Assembly (NCBI RefSeq): GCF_004010195.1
Contig: NC_057755.1
Span: 1,229,306-1,293,305, forward strand
Direction: 5' to 3'
Source: Chiloscyllium plagiosum
Lineage: Eukaryota
DNA length: 64,000 nucleotides
A program made the position numbers and the translations under genes. Of this stretch, positions 1 through 10,264 are shown piece by piece. The number at the start of each line of letters is the position of its first letter. Within the stretch, counting starts at the first letter, position 1. The notes under the pieces are model-generated. The model was not told where the DNA came from. It did not search any database and saw nothing but the letters and a program-made list of their open reading frames with translations.

Positions 1-197
1 CCACACATTTTCCTTCCTCATTGCTGGGTCAAAATCATGGAACTTCCAACCAAACAGTTTCATCCCCAATAGCTTTATGAACTGCCTGACGCATACTAAG
101 ACCCGAGTACTTCAAAACTTCCAGTCACATCGGCTAACACTTTGACCAACAATGCAAAGTCATCATTGGTGGTGGACTGCTTTTGTTAATGGGGTTC

Positions 198-880
198 TGG
201 ATGTCGGTTTGCTTACTGAGCTGGAAGGTTTGTTTTCAGACATTTCATCACCATACTAGGTAAGATCATCAGTGAGTCTCCGGATGAAGCATTGGTGATA
301 TGGCCTACCTTTTATTTATGTGTTTAGGTTTCCTTGGGTTGGTGATGTCATTGCATGCAAGGACAGCATGGAGGCTCAGTGGTTAACACTGCTGCTTCAC
401 ATTGCCAGGGACCCAGATTCAATTCTAGCCTTAGGCGACTGTCTGTGTGGAGTTTGCACATTCTCCCCATATCTGCGTGGGTTTCTTCTGGATGCTCCGG
501 TTTCCTCCCACAGTTCAAAGATGGGCAGGTTTGGTGAATTGGCCATGCTAAATTGCTCATTGTGTTCAGGGATGTGGAGGTTAGCTGGACAGTCAGGGGT
601 AAATGTAGGAGAATGGGTCTGGGTGGATTACTCTTCGGAGGGTCGGTGTGGATTTGTTGGGCTGAAGGACCTGTTTCCACATTGTAGGGATTTTAAATCT
701 AATTCTAATTTCCTGTGGTGGTGTCAGCTCCTGTGGTGATCTAATTTCCTGTTCTTTTTCTTAGGGGGTGGTAAATAGGATCCAAGTCAATGTGTTTGTT
801 GATAGAGTTCTGATTGGAATGCCATGCTTCTAGGAATTCTTGTGCATGTCTATTTGGCTTGTCCTAGGATGGATCTGTTG
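198..880 (-). mobile_element. Penelope-like retroelement 3' fragment (GIY-YIG C-terminus + pLTR with hammerhead core), split by an HE1 SINE
   Basis: Minus strand of 770-880 reads ILGQAK*RHAQEFLEAWHSNQNSINKHIDLDPIYHP, a Penelope endonuclease-tail motif; 236-280 reverse-complements to CTGATGA-tcttacctagtatggtgat-GAAA-tgtc; homologous copy at 46238-46589. Confidence 0.8.
358..708 (+). mobile_element. HE1-type tRNA-derived V-SINE
   Basis: tRNA-like head (ggctcagtggttaacactgctgc...gattcaattc), V-domain gtggagtttgcacattctcccc, CR1-like tail gaaggacctgtttccaca and aatct repeats; matches 23488-23812. Confidence 0.85.
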
Positions 881-884
881 TACG

Positions 885-1290
885 ACATCAACTTCTCTCA
901 TGCACACACTTGATCACATTTTCCAAAAATTCTTAGAAATATGTTTGGCATGACCTCCCTCTGACAAATCTATGCTGATTATCCCAATATTAATCTTTGC
1001 CTTCCGAAAGTGGATTCTCTCCTTCAGAACATTTTCCAATAGTTTCCTACTACTGACACGAGACTCAACGGTCTGTAATTTTCAGGTTCGTCTCCACCAC
1101 CCTTCTTGAAAAATGGAACCACAATAGCTGTCCTCCAATCCTCTGGCACCTCCCTGTGGCCAAAGTGGAATTAAAAACATGTCAGAGCCCCTGCAGTTTC
1201 CTGCCTTGCTCCCGCAGGAGCCGGGGACACAATTCATCTAGGTCATGGGACTTGTCTGTTTTTAAGCCTGATGGAGCCTCCAATATCTCA
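885..1290 (-). mobile_element. CR1-clade LINE RT fragment
   Basis: Reverse complement encodes QHRFVRGRSC and VVPFFKKGGG motifs, as in the CR1 copies at 10.3-12.5 kb and 48-51 kb. Confidence 0.7.
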
Positions 1291-1739
1291 CCATTTCCTA
1301 TGTCAAACTATACAGACACTTTTCCTGAGGTCCATACCTATGCTCTCTTTTTCCAGAGTGAGATCAAACATGGTTTCTCACTTCTCCCTTTCTACACCGT
1401 CCATCTTGTTCCCTCTTCCTGTTCTGAGCTGCATGCTCTTCCACAGGTTTAGAGGCTCATTTCAGGACAAAAATGTTATGTTACACCAGGTGGTGAACCT
1501 ACCTGTGTTCATTGTAACACTTTGTGAGTTGTGGGATTTTCTTCTTTGTTTACTCTTTCTGCAATCCTGGTGACAGGTGTTCCCAGATTCTGGAATAAAT
1601 ATGTATCAATAGCAGGGGTTGACAGAGAATATTGCAGTGAGGAAAACATTGCCTAGTTAAACAGGATAGCATTCCCTTCTTTCCTCTATCAGTAAACCAT
1701 TCAAACTTATGATGAACTCTCCAGATCAGAGTTTTATTT

Positions 1740-2165
1740 TTATATTCATCACAGTATGTGGGCATCATCGGTGAGGCCAACATTTATTACCCAGACAGCA
1801 ATTAAGAGTCAACCATATTGCTGTGGGACTGTAGTTACATATAGACCAAACCAGCTAAGTATGACAGTTCCCTTCTCTAAAGGATATCAGTGAAGCAAAT
1901 GGGTCTTTCTGACAAACAATGATGTTTCATGGTCTCCATTACGACTCCTAATTTCAGGTGTTTTTTTATTGAATTCAAATACCACAAACTGCCATTGCAG
2001 CATTCAAACCCAGACACTAGGACCTTATCCGGTGCCTCTGGATTAAGAGTCGACAGTGTGGTGCTGGAAAAGCACAGTAGGTCAGGCAGCATCTGAGGAG
2101 CAGGAGAATCAATATTTCAGGCAAAACAGTCTAGTGATATTGCCACTAGGCCATCACTTCCTCAC
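1740..2165 (-). mobile_element. Old SINE of a second family, with a family A fragment inserted at 2047-2127
   Basis: Shares ttaagagtcaacca/ccttc...aaagga/gtgaa(g/c)ca(a/g)at blocks with 59905-60165 (-) and, reverse-complemented, with 18370-18640 and 63423-63680 (+). Confidence 0.55.
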
Positions 2166-2588
2166 CTGTAAAACTGATAGCTGTCTCGTGAGACCCTGTT
2201 AGTCCCATTGATCTCCACAACCCGGTTCCAGATGGGGTCCCATTAGCCCACTCAAGACTGGGAGCATTCATTGACACACAGTGCAAGGTAAAGCCAGACT
2301 TATTCCTGTCACAGAATATTCTGCAGGGAATTCTAGAGACACAGTAATGTGGGGGATTATTAACTGGCTCTGAAGTGTCTGAACACCACACTCAGTTACA
2401 TGAAACAACTATTCTAGAGTAATTATCAACAAATGTTGAATGGATCACTAGACATCAACTTAGGCACTGGAAATGACAATGACAATACGCTGCCCAGTCA
2501 ACTCTGCACAGTCCTATCCACTCAAACCTAGGAACTGGCAAGTGGAGACAAAGTCCTGCCTTCACTTTGGACAGACCTTGGACAGTCT

Positions 2589-2710
2589 TTCCTGATGAAG
2601 GGCTTATGCCCGAAACATTGATTCTCCTGCTCCTCAGATGCTGCCTGATTTCTTTTCCAGCACTACACTCTCGACTCTGATCTCCATCATCTGCAGTCCT
2701 CACTTTCTCC
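2589..2710 (+). mobile_element. Hammerhead-bearing short element, family A
   Basis: ttcCTGATGAaGGGCttatGCCCGAAAcattg...ctcactttctcc; flanked by a 15-bp direct repeat cactttggaca(g/c)acc at 2563-2577 and 2711-2725. Confidence 0.8.
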
Positions 2711-2844
2711 CACTTTGGACACACCACCATTGTATTGTTGGGCACTGTCGCCATGTTAAGCAAACAAAATCCCAGACAACCAAAAAGGGCTTGTTGTGGG
2801 CCATGAGCATAGAACGATTACACTCAACTGTCATCTATAACCTG

Positions 2845-3068
2845 GGAGAATGTGGGATTGAAGATGCTGGAGATCAGAGACAAGAGAATGTGGTGCTGGT
2901 ACAGCAGGTCAGCGAGGTCAGCGAGCATCCGAGGAGCAAGAAAATCGACATTTCAGGCATAAGCCCTTCCTTAGGAATGACTGAAAGGCTTGTGCCCAAA
3001 ACGTCAATCTTCCTGCTATTGGATGCTGCCTGACCTGCTGTACTTTTCCAGCACCACACTCTCGACTA
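2845..3068. mobile_element. Family A element with inverted halves
   Basis: Minus copy 2845-2977 abuts plus copy 2978-3068; both halves are homologous to 2589-2710. Confidence 0.75.
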
Positions 3069-3367
3069 CAATCAATAATCTTGCAGATCTCAGCTGTGGG
3101 GCTAATACTCATGAAAAGCTGAGACCAGGAGAGCAGGTCAGGAGTGAACAAGGTGCAGGGAGAAATAAGATACAAATCTGGTGAATATGAACCACTCAAC
3201 TCTATATCAAACAACAACGCAGGTCTACACAACCCATATATGTGCATTGGCTGAGCTCTGCCTCAGTCTAATTTACTCCATTCTCTCCAGGGCCACACAC
3301 TGTCTGATCTCACTGGGGATCACCATCCTCCTGAAGAGGGAAGTTCCAGATTTTCTTTTCCTCCAAA

Positions 3368-3620
3368 GTAGATTAGAAGAAGAGAGGAGAATCCCTGCAG
3401 GGTGGAAACAAGTCCACACCGACCCTCCGAGGAATATCCCACCGAGACCCAATCCCCTCAGCTACACATCCCTGGACATTATGGGCAACTTAGCACGGCT
3501 ACTCCACCCTATCCTGCATTGCTTTGGAGTTGAAACGGGAAGCATCGGAGAAAACCCATGGGGAAAATGATCGGCGGTTGGGATCGAACCCGGGTCCCTG
3601 GCGATGCTAACCGCGCTGCG
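3368..3620 (-). mobile_element. Diverged HE1-type SINE
   Basis: caagtccacaccgaccctccga, ggcaacttagcacggc and gggatcgaacccgggtccctggcg match the HE1 reverse complement. Confidence 0.7.
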
Positions 3621-3724
3621 GCAGGACTTCCTAGCCCTGTCTGTGTTTATAATAATATTATAAAATGAACACGTATGCTCACGATAATCTTCTCGTAAAC
3701 ACTATCAGAGAACATAAATCACAA

Positions 3725-3850
3725 TCACCCGATGAAGGAGTGTCGCTCCGAAAGCTAGTGTGCTTCCAATTAAACCTGTTGGACTATAACCTGGTGTTGT
3801 GTGGTTTTTAACTTTGTACACCGCAGTCCAACACCGGCATCTCCGAATCG
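3725..3850 (+). mobile_element. Hammerhead-bearing short element, family B
   Basis: cac-CCGATGA-a-GGAGT-gtc-GCTCC-GAAAGCT-a-gtg followed by aaacctgttggactataacctggtgttgtg; homologues at 15412, 27222, 58342 and 61754. Confidence 0.75.
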
Positions 3851-3859
3851 CAATTCTCA

Positions 3860-4130
3860 CGGTCTTCTCGAAATCTCCCACCGACTGCAGCAAATACGAG
3901 AACTTCCGTGTACGTCACATAGGCGGGACTCTGGTCATGACCTTTTCTGACTCGTCTACTGAGCTGCCAATCATTCAATATTAGCCAATAGAAAGTCGAG
4001 ATGGATCTCGCTCGCGGATACCCATGAGTTCCAATGATACGATTGGTCATCCTTTGAAAGAAGCGGGACGGGGATTGGTTTAAAATGGCATTAAGTGAGA
4101 AAGGAGAGGCTTCCTGGAAGACGTTCTGAG
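3860..4130 (+). promoter_or_regulatory. CpG-rich putative promoter upstream of the NLR pseudogene
   Basis: CpG enrichment in an otherwise CpG-poor window; CCAAT/ATTGG boxes near 3967, 3985, 4031, 4042 and 4074; tacgtca CRE-like site; ggcgggac GC element. Confidence 0.55.
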
Positions 4131-4132
4131 GC

Positions 4133-4245
4133 AGAGTCACTAGGTCTAAAGCGTTTGTCCTGCATTCTCCCTACAGATACTGCCCCACCTGTTGTATTTT
4201 CCCCAGCAAGTTCTGATTTTCAGCGTCTGCAGTTCCTTGTTTGAG
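4133..4245 (+). mobile_element. Degenerate hammerhead-type short element, family C
   Basis: gttctgaggcagagtcactagg...acagatactgccccacctgttgtattttccccagcaa; similar segments at 45800-45900 and 58530-58600. Confidence 0.5.
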
Positions 4246-4451
4246 GTTTCAGTGAAGTCCTGAAGATGGGGTCGGGAGCTAGAGAAAGAAAGAGAGAGAA
4301 GAAGAAAGAGATTGACTTTGAAATGAGAAAGTGGGAGATGGAGGTTTTGAGGGTTTTTTTTTACAGCACACTGTACTCACTGTATATCCATGACTATGTT
4401 ACCAAATACCAGACTAATGCCCCCATTTACAGGTTTGCTGATGACACCAAC

Positions 4452-5315
4452 TAAAGCATCCAGGTAACTCTCCCCCTCCCGGTTGTGCCGCAGTGTTTGA
4501 AGCTCAGATTCCAGATCACCAACTCTGAGCTGGAGTTCTTCCAGCAACCAACACTTGCTGCAGATGTGGTCACTGCCATTCACAATGGGATCAGCCAGCT
4601 CCCACATCATACAGCTACAGCACATCACCTGCCCAGCCATCTCTTCTTAGTTAATTACTTTATTACTCTGTATAAATTTGAGTTAAAATACTTTCTGATA
4701 CCTCTCTGCTATAGTCTTTTTCTAAAAACCAAAACCAATAAATAGATAAACCATAAAAAGTACATTTTTAACCAATCACCGATAAAGAAATAGAAAATCC
4801 TTACCTTAACAAACCAGAGTCCTTTTTTTGGTTGGGGGGGTGGGGGTTCTGTTGGGAGACACAACACGTGTAGTGTCTCGGGTTCAGCCATCACCCAGAT
4901 ATATTACCGGCAGTCCCCTGGTCGTCGCTCCTGCTCTTCTTGCTTATTAAGTAGGTTGGAGTGGGAGGGGGGGGTGGGTAGAGTCTCGGGTTTAGCAGCC
5001 TTGCTGATATCTATGGTCACTGCTTTCCTTCCCAACTGCCCCTCTGGTCTTCGTCACTTCTTCCGCTGCTCCCGCTCCTTCTCCGCTGCTCCTCGCACTC
5101 AAAATGGCCGTTGGCATCAAAGGGTGAGTATTTATGCTCACTGCTTTCCTTCCTGGCTACCCCTCTGGTCCCCGTCACTTCCTCTGCTGCTCCCATTCCT
5201 TCTGTGAAAGAGAAAAACACTGCTGCCCGCTACCGGTAAGTAATTTTAATAAAAACTGTCTTACCTTATCTGCAGTCTTCCGAGTTCGTCCTACCGCCGC
5301 TGCTGCCTCCCCTCA
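4452..5315 (-). mobile_element. CR1 LINE 5' end: 5'UTR plus ORF1 N-terminus
   Basis: ORF 4377-4640 (-) MAGQVMCCSCMMWE...HICSKCWLLEELQLRVGDLESELQTLR is a CxxC..CxxC zinc finger plus leucine zipper typical of CR1 ORF1p; the upstream GC-rich UTR has an internal duplication (5017-5100 / 5135-5200). Confidence 0.75.
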
Positions 5316-5614
5316 AAATGAGTTTGTTGTCAGGAAACAGATCAAACCTCCAATTCCAAATAGACAATCTGATACTGGGAATGACAATGAGTGCTTGGAA
5401 CAGATTTGCTGCTGGCATGTCATGTTTAACAATACTGATACAGCTTTCTGAAACAAAGCTATGTATAGCATCAAGCAGATGACGTAGACAAGTTATTACA
5501 AGGTGCTTGACAATGTGTTTAACAGAAAACTTCAAACATTTGTTATAAAATGGAACAAAACAGTACAGATAGAAATTTGATAATCTGCCTACTTAGTCCC
5601 ATTTGTATTGGCAG

Positions 5615-5778
5615 ATGCAAACACAACACTCACTCAATTCTTGAAGTGTGATGATTACCAACTGCTCAAGTTGTCAAAGTTTCACCGGGACAGATTGGAA
5701 CATGCGATTGAAGAAGGGGTGGATGAAGGCAGCTTATTGTTAACATACAAGATGATTTTCAATGGAGAAGAAGATCAG
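5615..5778 (+). pseudogene. NLR exon: N-terminal death-fold-like domain, part 1
   Basis: ttggcag| acceptor and cag|gtaagt donor; encodes DANTTLTQFLKCDDYQLLKLSKFHRDRLEHAIEEGVDEGSLLLTYKMIFNGEEDQ. Confidence 0.8.
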
Positions 5779-6014
5779 GTAAGTGCAAGAGCCACATAAT
5801 GAATTTGTCTTCAGAACAGCTCAATTAATTGACATTATATTAACATAGACTGTCATAGAACAATAAAAGATGATACAGGACTTAAATAAATAAAGCTAAA
5901 AATATTGTGAATCTGAAACATAATACAAGGAGCGATTTGCAGACAAGTAACATGACAGACTGAAGAGTAACTTGAATTAATTTAACCAATTGCAAGAAGA
6001 TAAAATGATCCTTT

Positions 6015-7060
6015 TTTCATTCAAGAGATTTGGGTGTCGCTGGATGGGGCAGCATTTATTGCTCTGCCTATAGTTGCCCACTTTGAGAAGGTGGTGGTGA
6101 GCTACCTTCTCAAGCAGGGGGCAGTCCAGGTGTTGCAGTTGACCCGCAATGCCCTGAGGGAGGGATAAAGAAGTCATGGGTTTGGAAGGTGCTGTCTGTG
6201 GATCTTTGAGTAATTTCTGCAGTATACCATATGGATGGTACACTGCTGCTACAGTACATTGGTAGTGGAGGGAGTGGATGCTTGTGGATGTGGTGCCAGT
6301 CCAGAGGGGGCTGTTTTATCCTGGATGATGTCAAGCTTCTTGAGTGTTGTTGGAGCTGCGGCCATCCAAGACAAGCATGGAGTATCCCATCACACTCCTG
6401 ACGTGTGCCTTGTAAATGGTGGATAGGCTTTGGGGAGTCAAGAAGTGAGATACTTGCTGAAGTATTCTAAGCCTGTGACTTGTTTTTGTAGCCACTGTGT
6501 TTACGTGGTGAATCCAGTTCAGTTCTAGTCAACATTGACAGAAAGTAGATAATAAGCAATAATAAGTGATGGTAACCTCATGGAATGTCCAGGGGTGGTG
6601 ATTAGTTGTCTCTTATTGAATATGGTCATTGCCTCTGGCATTTGCGTGGCACAAATTTTACTTGCCACTTCTCAGTCCAAGCCTGGACATTGTCCAGGTC
6701 TTGTTGCATTTGGACACAGACTGCTTCAGTATCTTATGATAGAGGGAAGGTCATTAATAAAGTAGCTGAAGATGGTTAGGTGTAGGACACACTCCTGACG
6801 AACTCCTACAAATGTCCTGGTGCTGAGATGACTGACCTCCAACAACCACAGCCATCTTTCTATGTACCAGGTGAGAGTCCAACCAGAGGAGAGTTTGCTC
6901 CTGATACCCATTGATTCCAGTTTTGCCAGGGCTCCTTGATGCCGCATTTGTTTGAATGTGGCCTTAGCGTCAAGGGCTGTCACTCTCCCCTTAGGAAATT
7001 GATGCGATGCTAATTGGCCAGGTTGGATTTATCCTGCTTTTGATGTGCCGAATATATCCC
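6015..7060 (-). mobile_element. CR1/L2-group LINE 3' part (second family)
   Basis: Minus ORF ALDAKATFKQMRHQGALAKLESMGI...TIFSYFINDLPSIIR is RT core; same 3' end at 17706-18242. Confidence 0.8.
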
Positions 7061-7495
7061 TTTGAAGAAGAAGGACTCTCGGAATGGGTTAAATTAACCA
7101 TGGGTAACTAGGGAAGTTAAGGATAGCCTCACATGACCTGAAAGCACATGGTATGGATGTGAGATTGATATAGCATGGTTTGTACAGCAACAACTCCGTC
7201 TTGTTGACTGAAGACTGCTGACAGGAATGGCAAGCTTCCTGCTTTTGTGTCCGTGCTAAAGGCAAGTTAATGCAGGGATGCTGTGAGAGTGCAGGTCAGC
7301 ACAAAGTGAGGGAGCAGCCCTATGATGCACCCTCATCCAAGCCAAAAGTTGGATGTCTGTTCCAGTGAGCAAAGTGCCCTTGCAGCAGCACTATATTGAA
7401 TAGGGGATGTTGTGCTCCAAACTACAGCATTATGGTGCAGAGGCACACATAGTGGAGTGGTGATGTGCCATGATCATGCAATGAGACTGATAAAT

Positions 7496-8032
7496 AGTCA
7501 TAGAGTCACAGAGATATACAGCATGGAAACAGATCCTTCGGTCAAACTCGTCCATGCCAACTAGCTATCCTAACCTAATCTAGCCCCATTTGCCAGCATT
7601 TGGCCCATATCCCTATAAACCCTTCCTATTCATATACCCATCCAGATGCCTTTTAAATGTTGTTATTATACCAATCGCCACCACTTCCTCTGGCAGTTCA
7701 TTCCATACACGCACCACTGTCTGCATGAAAATGTTTTTCCTTCGGTCTCTTTTGTATCTTTGTCCATTCATCCTAAACCGATGCCCTCTACCTCTGGACT
7801 CCCACACTAGGGAAAATACTTTGTCTATTTATCCTATCCATACCTGTCATGATTTTATAAAGTTCTGGAAGGTGACCTCTCAGCCTTCAATGCTCCAGGG
7901 GACACAGCCACAGTCTGTTCAGCCTCTCCCTATAGCTCAAACCCAGCAACCCTAGTAACATTCATGTAAATCTTTTTTGAGCCCTTTTCTAGTTTCACAA
8001 CATCCTTCTGATAGGAAGACCAGAATTGTGAT
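7496..8032 (-). mobile_element. CR1/HER1 LINE 3' end
   Basis: Minus ORF ...VVRVWNELPEEVV...FKRHLDGYMNRKGL; same tail as 12250-12530. Confidence 0.9.
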
Positions 8033-8237
8033 TAGGCAGTAATGAGGGTGATAATAAACAATTTTCCATGTTAGTATGCATTGCACCACCAGAACTATGT
8101 CGGACAATGCATCTATTATTCTAAATGTTAAGGAAGGGTTCATCTAACTTCAAGTGAGATTTTCCCAGATTTCTCGTACTTGTCTTATGTGGCTAATCTT
8201 TCATAAAGTGATATTGCACTGTGTATGCACATCCATC

Positions 8238-8790
8238 TCTAACCTTAACCGTCAAGCTACTCACAATCCCAATCCTGACCCTAACCCTACTCCTAATCCC
8301 AATCCCAATCCTGACCCTAAAACAAACCCTTACCCTATTCCTCATCCTAAACCAAACTCTAATCCTCTTCTACCCTGTAATCCAAATATTGACCCTAAAA
8401 CAAACCTTAACCCTCACCCTAAACCAAACTCTAACCTTACCCCCAATCCTCATGTTGACGCTAAAACAAACCCTAACCCTAATCCTACCCCCAATCCTAA
8501 TACTGACCCTAAAACAATCCCTAACTGTAATCCTGACCCTACTCCCTAATCCTCACCCTGTCCCTAAAACAAATCTTAACCCTGATCCTGATCCTAAACC
8601 AAACTCTAACCTTAATCCCAGCCCCTAATTCTAATCCTAACCCTAAAACAAACTATAACCCTAACCCTACCCCATAATCTAACCAAAATTCTAACTCTGA
8701 CTCCAAGACGACGCCAATCCTAACTCTGACCCTGGCCTTGGCTGTGAACAAAACCCTAACACCAATCCTAATTTTAACTTTAACACTAAG
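8238..8790. repeat. Degenerate interstitial telomere-like (CCCTAA)n tract with higher-order units
   Basis: Hexamer periodicity (cctaac/cctaat/cctgac) with recurring gaccctaaaacaaacc and cctaaaccaaactctaa blocks. Confidence 0.8.
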
Positions 8791-10264
8791 ATTCCTCCTT
8801 GTGTTTCCATAGAAATTACTTGCATGTGTCGTTGACTGACTGTTCATCTCTTTACTCGCATCCCTTGTCCTTCATAAGAACTTAATGCATGGTGCTGGGT
8901 GCCTTCCAAGAAAGGGAGCAAGGGCAACAAAACGCTGCTTTGTGGTTCTGTCTGGAGCTCAATAAGTCATTTGATATGTTTAATGACACGTGTTATGACT
9001 CTTACTTTAATAACATGCAAAATACGAAAGCTGTTGGAGGTAGAAATGGCTTTCATGGGACTAATTTCAAGAGACAGATCATAATACTCCAAAAGGCCAA
9101 TCATCTAATATGACCTCTTCTTTAACAAATTCCTTTTTAAACTTTACTTTTTGACTTGTCCGCAGAGAACAACTCTCCTGTCCCACAGCTTGATACTACT
9201 TCTCCCCCAGTGCCTACTGCCCTCAGGCCTCCTTCAATTTCTTTCAGTCTTGGCCTACATCAGAGCAGTGTGGCCTGCTGCCCTAGCTGTGTGCGTTACC
9301 TTAGAACGTGCTTATCTGAATGCAGTGCCATTCCTGGCAATGTGACAAGATCTTGGGGACTGTGCTAGATATAGGCTCCGGCTTATATTTCAAGTTGAGT
9401 CGTGATACTAAGCTACAGGTTTGAAATAACTGCTCAGATGCCTCTATCCCTATGCCTCTCACACTCTATCCCATCACCACCTCACCTTTATTTCCTTGTG
9501 CATAGCTGTGGCCAACCAGCTTGGAGTCAGTCAACCAAACTGAGAAAATTCTAACCTCCTGGTTATCTTTGCTTTTGTTCAAAAATCCACATAAAGTCAC
9601 AATGTCACAGACACAACACATACGGCAAAGACAGTAATATGGAATGTCTTATAAAAAGACATCTCAGTTTACGATGGTGCAAACGTGACATATGGCAAAA
9701 TAAATAAATCTGTGTAAAAGCACATCGTACTTTAAACAGTAAGTTCAGAGTTCACATACAATTAGTGTCTCAGACATGACCAGTGGCAAAGTCACTATGC
9801 ATCAGACAATTTGTTGAAGGGTAGAGGCATTGACATATAAGATTTGTTTCTATACAATGTTATATCAAGCAAATAAATACACATTCTGTAGGGTTACGGG
9901 CCAGTTTATACACAGGCCAGGCTACTGTCAAGATAGCTATACATGTCACAGAGCCATGGTACACACACAAGACACAGTCTGAATACAAGGGCAAGTCCAC
10001 ACACTAAAGCGGAATCCATACTTGAAGGCGCAGTCCACACACGAAGGCAGAGTCCACACACGGAGCTGTGGTCTACCCACAAGGATACAATCCACTGGAA
10101 AGGCATGACAAACGCTCTGGCTCTGGCTCTCGCGCGCTCGCTCTCTCTGGCGCGCTCTCTCTCGCGCGCGCTCTCGCTCGCTCTCTCATACTCCATGTAC
10201 TAGGAGTTATTCCAGAACCCACATGCTGAAACAGCAGTGCAGAGGCCAAGTCCCTGTCATTAAG

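Noticed and set aside
8154..8628. Pro/Asn-rich or Leu/Thr-rich repeat proteins
   Set aside because: Translations of the telomere-like hexamer array
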